IMG/VR virus record: IMGVR_UViG_3300014204_000107
Span: 43,468 to 107,467 of that record
Length of the DNA stretch: 64,000 nucleotides
Reading direction: 5' to 3' (one strand)
Origin: a virus
Lineage: Duplodnaviria; Heunggongvirae; Uroviricota; Caudoviricetes
In this document: one piece after another, positions 28,213 to 38,036 of the stretch
How positions within the stretch are numbered: the stretch's first letter is position 1
How the letters are laid out: each line of letters opens with the position of its first letter
Notes under the pieces: model-generated
Database searches by the model: none
The model's input: the letters and a program-made list of their open reading frames with translations, nothing else
What the model was told of the DNA's origin: nothing
Translations under genes and position numbers: made by a program

Positions 28213-29550
28213 ATGATAACAATTAAATTACCATATAATACAACTGATAAGTTTTATACAAAATTATTAGAATTGCGTAAGCAACAATCATCTGTGGTTA
28301 GGTTTAGCTTTAATAGATACCATGACGGAGTTAAACAAAAAGAAATTCGTAATAGATGCAAAAAATTAAATAATTTTGATAAATTAAATTCGTGGCTATT
28401 ACAATGTGGCATCATGGAAGGTGCACAATTATATACGAGATTTAAACATAAACCAAATATCATATTTGGTAGTAAATTTAATTTCAATCAGCGCATTAAA
28501 AATAAAATTACAAAAGAAGAATATCAATTAACTCGGTTATTACCGTTAAATGTTCAAGGAGCCACGTCATGTGGTAATAGAAATTTTGAATTAAATATTA
28601 TTGATGAAAATTTTATTTTATTTAAACCAAATAGGAAAGAACATTATATTTTACATTTACCTAAACTACGCAGCAACATTAAAAAACAATTATTTAAACT
28701 TCAAGAATTAGTAGAATTAAAACAATTGTCATACTCAATTAAATTGTCTGATAAATATGTTGCAATTTCATTTAATTTACCAAATGATAATACAATTAAA
28801 AATAATAAAACTTGTTATATTGGTATAGATTTAAATCCAGATAATATTGGGATTAGCATTTGTAATTATGAAAATGATAATCATAAAATAATCTGTACTA
28901 AAATGTTTGATATATCCCAAATATTTAATAAATTTGTTGCATTAAATGAACCATCTTATTCAATTAAATCAAAATATTATCAAAATAAATTGCAATTTGA
29001 AACTATTGAAATATCAAAACAAATAATTAAATTAGCAAAACAATATAAAGTAAGCAATATATTTATTGAAAAATTAGATTTTAATGCTAAAGTTGCAAAT
29101 ACATTTAATAATATTGGTAATAGAAAATGCAAAAACATATGGAAAAGAGAATTATTTATAGAACAATTAAGTAAGAGATGCAAGATCAATAGTATTGCAA
29201 TAAACAAAATACGCCCGGCATATACGAGTTTTATAGGAAATATACAATATAATTATGCTGATTCAATCAATGCAAGCATTGAAATTGGTAGAAGAGGATA
29301 TGAATTAAAAATAAATAACAATACTGATAGATTTTATCCAGCTATTGTAGCAAAACACCAATGGAAGGAAATGGCTGCTACTGCAAGTACTTGGAAGAGT
29401 TTATTTAGTAAAATAAAAAACTTGAAATTGAAATATCGAGTTCAGCTTGAAGATGCACTTTCAGTGCATAAACATGCTGTTTTTAGTTTAAATCATGCAA
29501 TAAAAAGCAAAGTCAAAGTTTATAATTTTGATAATGTATTGATGATTTAG
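28213..29550 (+). CDS. TnpB-like (IS200/IS605 OrfB / Cas12-like) RuvC nuclease lacking the canonical CxxC…CxxC zinc finger
   Basis: RuvC-I CYIGIDLNPDNIGIS, RuvC-II NIFIEKLDFN, TSF plus RuvC-III ADSINASIEIGRRG; extreme AT/Asn-Lys richness unlike neighbours. Confidence 0.55.
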   Translation: MITIKLPYNTTDKFYTKLLELRKQQSSVVRFSFNRYHDGVKQKEIRNRCKKLNNFDKLNSWLLQCGIMEGAQLYTRFKHKPNIIFGSKFNFNQRIKNKITKEEYQLTRLLPLNVQGATSCGNRNFELNIIDENFILFKPNRKEHYILHLPKLRSNIKKQLFKLQELVELKQLSYSIKLSDKYVAISFNLPNDNTIKNNKTCYIGIDLNPDNIGISICNYENDNHKIICTKMFDISQIFNKFVALNEPSYSIKSKYYQNKLQFETIEISKQIIKLAKQYKVSNIFIEKLDFNAKVANTFNNIGNRKCKNIWKRELFIEQLSKRCKINSIAINKIRPAYTSFIGNIQYNYADSINASIEIGRRGYELKINNNTDRFYPAIVAKHQWKEMAATASTWKSLFSKIKNLKLKYRVQLEDALSVHKHAVFSLNHAIKSKVKVYNFDNVLMI

Positions 29551-29945
29551 ATATTTTAGCAAGATCAAAAGTTTTGAATATTATTGTATAGCATCAAAAT
29601 TTAAATTAAAAATGAAATATGTGCAGGAAGAGAACTATTTGCAGCATTCAACAAAAATGTTGCATTTAGTTCTTTTTTTTATGAATATTTTTTTGTATGT
29701 TTGTGGTAATTAATCCATTAAAATCAAATTAAATGAATCCAGCCATTGGGGTGAAAGTCTTCACCGTAAGTACCAGTCCTTCCAACGATGATCTGGGGAT
29801 GAACTAACAAGTGCAATTAAAATATGGAGTGAAGCACACCCAGAGTTCTATATTCTTGACGTTCAGTGTGCAACTTCTAAATTTTTGTGCATAGTCACTA
29901 TCAAATATGAAATGCCTTATTAAAATAAACCAATAAAAACAAACA
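29551..29945 (+). ncRNA. ORF-free structured region downstream of the TnpB-like gene; candidate omega-RNA/reRNA scaffold plus guide
   Basis: Multiple local hairpins (e.g. GTGAA-AGTC-TTCAC); position expected for TnpB right-end RNA. Confidence 0.3.
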
Positions 29946-30365
29946 ATGTCAACAAATTTTAACAATGATTACAGCGACGATGTTCGCGATGGATTCAAAC
30001 CATTTAAGAAAATTATTTGGTGGGTTATCGGAGTAGTAATATTAGCATCTGCTATAGGATGGGTTACTACGAGAAGCAGCAGAACAATAGATACTGCGTT
30101 TACTCAATATGAGGAATTCCAAACCTTATATAATACTTGTCAAAAGCTCAATACAGACTTATGTAATATGCGAGAATTGCCAGAGAAAGATCAAATGTTT
30201 GAACAATTCTCGAAAGCACAGCGCATTAATACTTTAAAAACTCAACTTAACAGGTGGGTTGAAGACTATAACGCAAAGTCTAAGATGTGGAACAGAGATT
30301 TATGGAAGTCCAAAACACTACCATACCAATTATCTGTTGATGAATTTAAATGTTACGCAAATTAA
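29946..30365 (+). CDS. membrane-anchored protein (N-terminal TM)
   Basis: ORF. Confidence 0.4.
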   Translation: MSTNFNNDYSDDVRDGFKPFKKIIWWVIGVVILASAIGWVTTRSSRTIDTAFTQYEEFQTLYNTCQKLNTDLCNMRELPEKDQMFEQFSKAQRINTLKTQLNRWVEDYNAKSKMWNRDLWKSKTLPYQLSVDEFKCYAN

Positions 30366-30397
30366 TTAATAATCAAATAAAAACAAAACAAATCAAA

Positions 30398-31006
30398 ATG
30401 AAAAAAGTAATTTTTATGGCACTTTTAGCAGTGCTGTTTATGTACGGATGTGGACCCAGAAATGCTTCTCGTGCCACCGTTGAAAACAACACATCGGCAC
30501 TTGATGAGCAAGCAAGATGCGAAGAAAACCAAAAACGATTAACAAAAGTGCAACCATCACCAATGTTAGATTGGTCTCTTGAACGGGATAATCTCACTAA
30601 ACGATTTCTTTTACAGAATGACCGCACGGTTATGTTTTATATGTATATTTTCAATGAAGGCGTGGCAGACCCAATTGGTTATTACCAAGTAAATAAGGTA
30701 TCTTCCGTTAATAGCCAGCTTACTAATACTGAACAAATTATAAGCCTTAGCTCAACAGCTCACGTATATGTAACAGTTCCATCACCAGCGGAAGACAGGT
30801 CTTATGGAACTAATGGTGATGGCGTATTTGGATTCACTCCAGAAGATGTTTATATTGAGCACAATATGCATTATATTGTAGCAACTGTACCATTAACATT
30901 TAGATCGCCGGCCATCAAGCTTTACAATATTAATGTAAAAGATGCAGCATCATTAAAGGTATTGATGGATAAAATAGACGCAGCTGCCGCAAAACTTAAT
31001 AAGTAA
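30398..31006 (+). CDS. lipoprotein (MKKVIFMALLAVLFMYGCG)
   Basis: Signal peptide with lipobox Cys. Confidence 0.5.
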   Translation: MKKVIFMALLAVLFMYGCGPRNASRATVENNTSALDEQARCEENQKRLTKVQPSPMLDWSLERDNLTKRFLLQNDRTVMFYMYIFNEGVADPIGYYQVNKVSSVNSQLTNTEQIISLSSTAHVYVTVPSPAEDRSYGTNGDGVFGFTPEDVYIEHNMHYIVATVPLTFRSPAIKLYNINVKDAASLKVLMDKIDAAAAKLNK

Positions 31007-31054
31007 TTCGAAACATCATAATTAACATATATATTAACTAAAACAAGCAAACAA

Positions 31055-32983
31055 ATGGTATTATCAATGTTAGCAAGTGTTCTGTTAGCTTTTGCTTTAA
31101 CAGCAGCACAAATTAAAATCACAGCAATTATTGTAGGATTAATCTTACTTGCAGTGTGTTACAAATGGGTCTTTTGGCTATTTGGTATAATTTTTGTACC
31201 AGAAACCAAGCGTGCATTAGTGACAAAGAAATGGGTTCTTTTCGGCACCGATAAGAGCTTGAAGTCTGGACAGGTTTTTGCAACCGGTAAACAGGCGGGT
31301 ATCCATGCAGAACTTTTACCTCCTGGTATGAAAGTTGGATATTGGCCGTGGCAATACAAAATTGAATTCCTTGACCCTGTAATTGTGCCGACTGGCAAAT
31401 TAGGTGTGGTTACAGCACGAGATGGTAAGCAACTTCCTGATGGTGTATTCTTGGCACCATATGTAGAATGCAACGACTATCAAGATGCAATTACGTTCTT
31501 AGATAATGGCGGATATCGTGGTAAACAAACCAGGATGCTATTACCAAAGACATATATTATTAATACACGAGTATTTGATGTTAGAGTTGTCGATATGGTT
31601 GTAATTCCTGAAGGCAAAGTTGGTATTGTTACCACGCAAGCAGGAACACCAATGCCAACCGGAGAAATTGCAGGCCCTATTGTGGGTGGCCACAACAGAT
31701 TCCAATTAGTGGATGAATTCACGAGATCTGGTGGTATTAAGGGTTTGCAAGAAGAAGTGCTCACGCCAGGTACATATTTGATTCATCCTGAATTTGCAAC
31801 CGTTGAAACGGTAGATATGACTCTTATTCCTGTTGGTTGGGCGGGGGTTGTTATTTCTTATGTAGGTAAGAAAGGTAATGACACATCCGGTGATGAATTC
31901 AAACATGGTAATATCGTCCTTGAAGGAGAAAAGGGTGTATGGTCAACAACTAAAGATCCGGGTAGGTATGCAATTAATCCAAAGACTACATCAGTCGTTC
32001 CTGTTCCAACTACAAACATCGTATTGAATTGGGCAGATGCGCGCACGGAGTCACATAAACTTGACCAAAACTTGTGCACCATTACAGTACGTTCAAAGGA
32101 CGGTTTTAAATTTAATTTGGACGTGTCGCAGATTATCAACATTTCAAATGTTGAAGCACCTAAGGTAATTGCACGGTTTGGAACTATTCAAAACCTTGTT
32201 ACACAGGTACTTGAACCTACAATTGGTAACTATTTCCGTAATAGTGCACAGAACTCAGATGCTATTGATTTCTTAACATCACGCGCAGAAAGGCAAATGC
32301 AAGCAAAAGAACACATCAACGCAGTACTTGACAACTATAATGTGGTTGGTGTTGATACACTTATTGGGGACATTAACCCACCGCAGGATCTTATGGATAC
32401 GTTAACTAAACGTAAGATTGCTGAACAGGAAAAAATTACATTTGGAATGCAGAAGCAGGCACAGGCAGAACGCCAAGCATATGAAAGTGCCAAATCCAAT
32501 GCAGACATGCAACCACAGATTGTGCAGGCAGAAAGAGGTGTTGATATTGCAGAAAAAATTGCTAATGCAAAAGTAAAGACTGCAACAGGGGATGCTGATT
32601 CAAAGACTATTAATGCTAAGGCAGATGCTAATGTAAGAACAGTTAATGCTGAAGCAGAAGCTACAGCTACACTTGTTGTAGGTAATGCAAAGGCAGAGGT
32701 TACAAGTAAAGTTGGTACTGCAGAAGCCGAAGTTGCAAAGAAGAAAGTCGATGCAATGGGTGAACAGAACTATGCTGGAGTATTGAAAGTTCAGTACTTT
32801 AGTGAAGCTATTAAAAGCGGTAATGTTGCTATTGTACCTAAAATCTTAGTCAATAGTGGAAATGATGGTAATGGTGGTACGGGCGATCTTGTTACTGCAT
32901 TACTTGGTGCTAAAGCCCTTGAGAGTATGGTGGATGACACCGTTGAGATTGCTGACGTTAAAGAAAAGAAATCTTCCAAATAG
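31055..32983 (+). CDS. flotillin-like SPFH/band-7 domain membrane protein with long coiled-coil/Ala-Glu-Lys-rich C-terminus
   Basis: N-terminal TM, SPFH-like core, EA-rich repeats (AEAEATATLVVGNAKAEV...). Confidence 0.45.
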   Translation: MVLSMLASVLLAFALTAAQIKITAIIVGLILLAVCYKWVFWLFGIIFVPETKRALVTKKWVLFGTDKSLKSGQVFATGKQAGIHAELLPPGMKVGYWPWQYKIEFLDPVIVPTGKLGVVTARDGKQLPDGVFLAPYVECNDYQDAITFLDNGGYRGKQTRMLLPKTYIINTRVFDVRVVDMVVIPEGKVGIVTTQAGTPMPTGEIAGPIVGGHNRFQLVDEFTRSGGIKGLQEEVLTPGTYLIHPEFATVETVDMTLIPVGWAGVVISYVGKKGNDTSGDEFKHGNIVLEGEKGVWSTTKDPGRYAINPKTTSVVPVPTTNIVLNWADARTESHKLDQNLCTITVRSKDGFKFNLDVSQIINISNVEAPKVIARFGTIQNLVTQVLEPTIGNYFRNSAQNSDAIDFLTSRAERQMQAKEHINAVLDNYNVVGVDTLIGDINPPQDLMDTLTKRKIAEQEKITFGMQKQAQAERQAYESAKSNADMQPQIVQAERGVDIAEKIANAKVKTATGDADSKTINAKADANVRTVNAEAEATATLVVGNAKAEVTSKVGTAEAEVAKKKVDAMGEQNYAGVLKVQYFSEAIKSGNVAIVPKILVNSGNDGNGGTGDLVTALLGAKALESMVDDTVEIADVKEKKSSK

Positions 32984-33034
32984 TCTTAATCCTATCTGAT
33001 TAAGTGGTGGAGGCCAGAAACAGCCCCAACGGTA

Positions 33035-33107
33035 GCATAGGTAGATTTAATTGGTAAAATCCCTTCATTTTAGGAGGAAGATGGTGGTTCGATTCCACCT
33101 CTATGCA
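33035..33107 (+). tRNA. tRNA-Lys (anticodon UUU), no encoded CCA
   Basis: 7-bp acceptor (GCATAGG/TCTATGC), D-arm GATT/AATC with GG loop, anticodon loop AUUUUAG (U33, A37), T-arm GGTGG-TTCGATT-CCACC; N26 register ambiguous. Confidence 0.55.
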
Positions 33108-33136
33108 CAAACAATAAACAATTTAAAAACTGCACG

Positions 33137-33355
33137 ATGAAAAAATGTAAAATATTTTTGAGGTCAGATTCAACTATAATACAAGATGATATTAATAAAT
33201 GGATTAGTGCAAACAATATTGATATTGATAGTTGTGAAGTGCTTCAAAGTTGCATGGCAAATTATATTGTCATTTCAATTTGGTATAATTACTACAAGCA
33301 GGATGTTAAATTAGAAGTAATGTGCGACACAGAAGCATTTCCAAACCTTTCATAA
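33137..33355 (+). CDS. small hypothetical protein
   Basis: ORF. Confidence 0.35.
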   Translation: MKKCKIFLRSDSTIIQDDINKWISANNIDIDSCEVLQSCMANYIVISIWYNYYKQDVKLEVMCDTEAFPNLS

Positions 33356-33372
33356 CAACCAATTACGCTTAA

Positions 33373-33588
33373 CTAACGGTAAATATAATTAAAATGCGTT
33401 GTGTCGCCAACTAAATGCACACTATCAATATCTAATTGATTCATGGGTATGTATGGAATATGCATGTTATAATGATAATCATATACATAGATTGAGCTGG
33501 GCAATGGCTTTTTGCAATATACAATGTATAATTTATCAGAACAGGATGTGAATAATAGCAGTAATATTAAAATATATTTTTTTATCAT
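33373..33588 (-). CDS. possible small lipoprotein (MIKKYILILLLLFTSC)
   Basis: Signal/lipobox-like N-terminus; isolated minus-strand ORF in AT-rich gap. Confidence 0.25.
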   Translation of the reverse strand: MIKKYILILLLLFTSCSDKLYIVYCKKPLPSSIYVYDYHYNMHIPYIPMNQLDIDSVHLVGDTTHFNYIYR

Positions 33589-33768
33589 AAGTTTCTAACA
33601 ATATGTATATCAATATTAAAATTAATTATAATATTGCGTTGATCAGCAAAACTTAATTAGACGTATTTTAACACGATCTGACAAGCTCAAAATAGAAGAT
33701 GATACCTAATACTTATTCAAATAGAACGTCGAGCATATCTAACCAAACAGTCCCAAAATCAAATTGAA

Positions 33769-34065
33769 ATGGAATTATATTACATAGATTACGAAACCAA
33801 GATTTATCCTTGTACTTGCCATGACTGTGCGTTAATGGTAGATACCTTTGAAGTTGGAGGAATTAAGGAGGTTGAGTTTACATTCATGAAAACAACCAAC
33901 AATGAATACAAAGAAGGTTGGCTGAAAAGAGTTAAATCAATTATTAAGTATTTGCGTACAGGAAAGCTGGAAGGACCGGTTGTTAGTCTCACGTGCGAGA
34001 AAGCTGAAGAATTAAATAAACAATTACAGCAGTTCATTGAATGTAAAGTAACTACTGTAAAATAG
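33769..34065 (+). CDS. hypothetical protein
   Basis: ORF. Confidence 0.4.
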   Translation: MELYYIDYETKIYPCTCHDCALMVDTFEVGGIKEVEFTFMKTTNNEYKEGWLKRVKSIIKYLRTGKLEGPVVSLTCEKAEELNKQLQQFIECKVTTVK

Positions 34066-34365
34066 CATGATAATCATACTATTTCACAGTCGTACGGTGA
34101 TTGTGCTTGAATATCATATAATTTAACAATAAAATTGCGATGCTATCAAGTTTAATTGCATTGTTATTATTGTAAATATTAGAACAAATTATGAGGGCAG
34201 ATTTAAACCTAGCATCTGTTAACAGCAAGAAAAATATGCATTATAATTTAAGAATACGTGATGCTAAGTGTGGTTATTCTTTAAATATTATCTAAATTGT
34301 TTGGAAATGTCGGAAAAATTTCGTACTTTGCTTCCAAATATAATACTAACCTAAAAAGAATAAAT

Positions 34366-34671
34366 ATGAAAAATTATCCAAACATTGTAACAGCAATTCA
34401 TGAACATTTAAAAAATGAACGTTCAGTTTATAAAGTATGCAAAGCAACAATTACTAACCAAATTGGTAAGCAAGTATATAGATTTTATCTAGATACTGAT
34501 TGTTCTGCAAGAACTTTATTTAGAATTAAGAAACGAATAATGAATAAATTCGGAAATGCTGCTGGCACTGTAAACTTTACTTGGGCATCAGCATCACCAT
34601 GGCCTGATTGTGTATATGTGCATTCATATAAAGGGCAATTTGAAGGTCCAGCCTTTGATCTTTATATTTAA
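34366..34671 (+). CDS. hypothetical protein
   Basis: ORF; start at internal Met MKNYPNI. Confidence 0.4.
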   Translation: MKNYPNIVTAIHEHLKNERSVYKVCKATITNQIGKQVYRFYLDTDCSARTLFRIKKRIMNKFGNAAGTVNFTWASASPWPDCVYVHSYKGQFEGPAFDLYI

Positions 34672-34707
34672 TAGTTTTAAAATTGCGTAAATTATAAATA
34701 AAATATT

Positions 34708-35112
34708 ATGTGTTTCACAGTACATTTTGACCACCAAGAGGCATTAACTGCTACTAAAAATATAGTTTGCTATAAAACTGGCCTTAAAAAAGGCTCAAAG
34801 TTTGAATCATATTGGAACGAGCATATTTATATTAAAAGAAAATTACAACCACATATTGAATTAGCAACCAATGTGCTTTCTATCATCCACGGGTACCATT
34901 CATTTACAACAAAAAAACGAGCTGTTGCGCAACTAGCTGTTGCGCAACTAGCAACAACTGAAATACTTGTTAAATGCGTTATACCGAAAGGTGCATTATA
35001 TTATTATAACCCAGATGCAAATGAATATGTATCAAGCACAATTATCTTTAAAAGATTCTTAAAAATAGCAATGTTATTAAATAAAATAGAGAATTATTTA
35101 AAAAGGAAATAA
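34708..35112 (+). CDS. hypothetical protein, paralogue of 39908-40348
   Basis: Shared GYH(S/A)(F/Y)TT and (V/I)IPKGA(L/E)YY(Y/H)NP…EYV motifs. Confidence 0.4.
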   Translation: MCFTVHFDHQEALTATKNIVCYKTGLKKGSKFESYWNEHIYIKRKLQPHIELATNVLSIIHGYHSFTTKKRAVAQLAVAQLATTEILVKCVIPKGALYYYNPDANEYVSSTIIFKRFLKIAMLLNKIENYLKRK

Positions 35113-35421
35113 TTGGCATCGCACAGACAATATAATCACAAAAGACCACTTTCTGATTTTTGTGGTGCACTATGCGAAATTCAAATGGCTGGGTTTAACC
35201 CTATTGCGGTAACACAGCTATATTTTGAAGATACTTTTGTATTTAGCACAGATGTGGAAGCATTAAATGCATATAAAGAAATGGAAGAGAACAAGGCAAG
35301 ACCGCGATATAAAAGAGTTGTTGGGTGGTGGCTTGGGTTAAAGGATTTTAAAGAATCAGTTAGAATATATGAAACAATGTCTTCGTTTGCACCAATTAAA
35401 GTAAAAATATATTGGCTATGA
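35113..35421 (+). CDS. hypothetical protein
   Basis: ORF. Confidence 0.4.
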   Translation: MASHRQYNHKRPLSDFCGALCEIQMAGFNPIAVTQLYFEDTFVFSTDVEALNAYKEMEENKARPRYKRVVGWWLGLKDFKESVRIYETMSSFAPIKVKIYWL

Positions 35422-35705
35422 TTGCAACTAACAATGATACAGCGGCAATTGACACGTGGATTACTTGGCGAACTACTGCAACAACAGACTCAACTCCAAC
35501 AGATTATGCAGATACATCAAGTGATTGGCAAACTCAATATGTTTATGAAACCATACAGTATGCGATTGATCAAACGTTGCTACTTTATAAAGATAAAATT
35601 AATAAACCGCAGCAATGCATAGCAAAACTGCAAGATACTAAATATAAACAAGTTATTCCAAAAAGAATACTGCGAATGCATAAAAGACCATTTAATAAAA
35701 ATTAA
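35412..35705 (+). CDS. hypothetical protein
   Basis: ORF. Confidence 0.35.
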   Translation: MAMIATNNDTAAIDTWITWRTTATTDSTPTDYADTSSDWQTQYVYETIQYAIDQTLLLYKDKINKPQQCIAKLQDTKYKQVIPKRILRMHKRPFNKN

Positions 35706-35915
35706 ATATGCCATACAAACTTAAAGAAAAAAACTATACTGCAAAAGAAATATATGTAGTAATCAATGCAAATATTAAGTATCTTACATATAAGCAATTT
35801 ATTATTTTGCATTGGTGGGTATTGTTTAATAAGCGCAGGGCAAATAAATTTGTTGCAAAAATAAATAATGGCATGGCTGCAAACTTTGCATTCAAATTTG
35901 CTAAAAAGTTTTAAT

Positions 35916-36224
35916 ATGAGAAAGCGCAGAGAAAAAATACATAAGCATTTAGTTGAGCCTGAAGAGCCGAAAGGTTTTTATTGGGAACGTGATTTGCCCG
36001 CAGATATTGTCAAATGGGCCAAAGACAAATTAGATTATATCGTATCACCAGAAGGGCTTGATTTAGAATGTGTTGATAACTTTAGGGTGTGCAAAGTTGG
36101 CGTACCTGAACAGGAAGAATCATATAATAACCAAGTCAAAGATGGCTGTTGTGGCTCATTTGATAATGAGTTTCTTGGCCCGGATGGCTGGTATTATATG
36201 ATTGGATGTAACTATGGTCACTAA
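35916..36224 (+). CDS. hypothetical Cys-rich protein
   Basis: ORF, start at internal Met. Confidence 0.4.
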   Translation: MRKRREKIHKHLVEPEEPKGFYWERDLPADIVKWAKDKLDYIVSPEGLDLECVDNFRVCKVGVPEQEESYNNQVKDGCCGSFDNEFLGPDGWYYMIGCNYGH

Positions 36225-36638
36225 TTATTCTATATTAGCATTATCTGGAGTAATTGGCTTAATACTATCTAACCAAGCTTTATCAAACGCAATAGTTGTT
36301 TCATCATCTATTGTGGCTTCTGTTGGAGTGGCTGGTTTTAATTCATCTAATAATTGAATACTAATGGATACTGCTGGAACTTCTTTTGCTGATTTAGTTT
36401 CGCCACCGTTGTTACTAAAAGAAATATTCGAAATGAATACTAAACTTGCAATTAATAATACTTTTTTCATAACTTTTTGTTTTTTGTGTTTATAAATTAT
36501 TTTATTACTATGGCTAGAACAAGTATCATACCAAAAATGATAATATGCAAATATAGCAATAAGACAAGAAGATTTTGCTATGAAATTGTACGTTAAAATA
36601 TCGAAGTGTACATTATCGTACGCAACACATAATCCCAA
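36225..36638 (-). CDS. secreted protein (signal peptide MKKVLLIASLVFISNISFS)
   Basis: Clear signal peptide; minus strand. Confidence 0.45.
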   Translation of the reverse strand: MGLCVAYDNVHFDILTYNFIAKSSCLIAIFAYYHFWYDTCSSHSNKIIYKHKKQKVMKKVLLIASLVFISNISFSNNGGETKSAKEVPAVSISIQLLDELKPATPTEATIDDETTIAFDKAWLDSIKPITPDNANIE

Positions 36639-36652
36639 AAATCCACAAATTT

Positions 36653-36952
36653 ATGGATGAACAGGAATATAACCAATGGTGCCAAGATAATGGATATAGT
36701 AGAGATGATGTATGTACTGTTAGCGGTCACTTATTAAATGAAACTGAAAAAGCTTATTTATTAAATGCAATGTTAATATATTATGAAAATAAATTATATA
36801 TGGTTAATGATGTGTGGCTTCCAAAATCAGTAGTTTTATTAAATTATAGTTGGGAAGAATACTTCATAGCAACATCTGTTGCGTTCATTATTAAACGATA
36901 TTGGATAGATTTAATTGCCAACGATTCAAAAACTATTAAAGTGCAAATATAA
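36653..36952 (+). CDS. small protein of the TEKA…WLPKS family
   Basis: TEKAYLLNAML…DVWLPKSVV. Confidence 0.4.
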   Translation: MDEQEYNQWCQDNGYSRDDVCTVSGHLLNETEKAYLLNAMLIYYENKLYMVNDVWLPKSVVLLNYSWEEYFIATSVAFIIKRYWIDLIANDSKTIKVQI

Positions 36953-37284
36953 TGGCACACATTCAATTTATAGCAGAAAAAGAAACAGATAAAGCATATG
37001 GTGGATATGAATTAACAGTAACATTTGATGGTTCATGCTATTATGTAACACCCGAAGGGAATGATAAATTAGTTTGGGTTGCTAAAAGCTTGTTGCCAAA
37101 TATGGTATTAGCATCACCACTTATAATAGCTGATATTGCTGATTGGATTGCCGAACAAATAGTAGAAAAGCATAAATTAGTAGTATGGAAACAATCCGAT
37201 ACAATATGGTCTATTAATAAAGCAACATATGATGAATTAATGGATGAAATAAATAATGAGTTGGAAGATGAAACAACTAAATAA
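36952..37284 (+). CDS. small protein, TDKAY…VWVAKSLL variant of the same family
   Basis: Motif similarity. Confidence 0.4.
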   Translation: MAHIQFIAEKETDKAYGGYELTVTFDGSCYYVTPEGNDKLVWVAKSLLPNMVLASPLIIADIADWIAEQIVEKHKLVVWKQSDTIWSINKATYDELMDEINNELEDETTK

Positions 37285-37546
37285 CGAACAAATAGCTGAA
37301 TTAGAGCAGTTAAAAGAGGAGCTTGAAGAGTTAGAATATTGGATAACGCAACCAATAGAACGAATACTTAAAGAAGCCCCATTAAGAATGCTTGAAACCT
37401 TTTTACAAAGTTGTATTGATGATGCGGAATATGAAATATGTGCACCCATAAGTAAAGCAATTAATTATAGAAAAGAAGGCAAGCCGTTTACAGTAACAGC
37501 AAAAGAAAATAAGCACGAATATGAAGTATCAACCGTTGTTTCTTAG
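37268..37546 (+). CDS. small hypothetical protein
   Basis: ORF. Confidence 0.35.
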   Translation: MKQLNNEQIAELEQLKEELEELEYWITQPIERILKEAPLRMLETFLQSCIDDAEYEICAPISKAINYRKEGKPFTVTAKENKHEYEVSTVVS

Positions 37547-37928
37547 CTTTAAACAAAGCAGAAAAGCATATAATTTAATAGATTTTCTTATTAAAGATAT
37601 GGAATCTGATATATGGTACTATTCAAAATGGAATGGTATTCCGGATTGCCGGGTATCTAAAAGCTGGATAGATAATGAACTGCAAGGCAGTTATAAAAAG
37701 ATAAAATTTAGCTTTTGGCCGCCGACTAAAATGGAAATATTAGCACGGGAATTAAATAATATGCTTAAAATAGAAGATATGAAAATATTTAGAAAAATAG
37801 TATTTGATGATCATCATGAAATGATCAAATGGGTAAATAACAATATTGCAACCGTGCAAATAGTGCAAATAATAAGAACATATCACAATTATGAATATGA
37901 ATTATTTTATTATGAACTACCGCAATAA
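37521..37928 (+). CDS. hypothetical protein
   Basis: ORF. Confidence 0.4.
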   Translation: MKYQPLFLSFKQSRKAYNLIDFLIKDMESDIWYYSKWNGIPDCRVSKSWIDNELQGSYKKIKFSFWPPTKMEILARELNNMLKIEDMKIFRKIVFDDHHEMIKWVNNNIATVQIVQIIRTYHNYEYELFYYELPQ

Positions 37929-38036
37929 ATAACAATATGGGAACATTCATTGTCGTAATACTTGTATTAATACTGCTAATAATATTAGGTCCAGATATAT
38001 CAGATTCATTTCCAGATAAACCAAAAAATAGATAAT

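Larger units (their letters stand above)
28170..29945 (+). mobile_element. putative IS200/IS605-family tnpB-only element (IS1341-like) inserted between Ro60 gene and membrane-protein operon
   Basis: TnpB-like gene with compositional discontinuity plus ~400 nt ORF-free 3' tail; ends not defined. Confidence 0.3.

Noticed and set aside
33035-33107. Reading the tRNA as an ochre suppressor (anticodon UUA)
   Set aside because: That register gives a poor anticodon stem (two mismatches). The UUU register has 4 bp, U33 and A37. No in-frame stops were seen in window genes.
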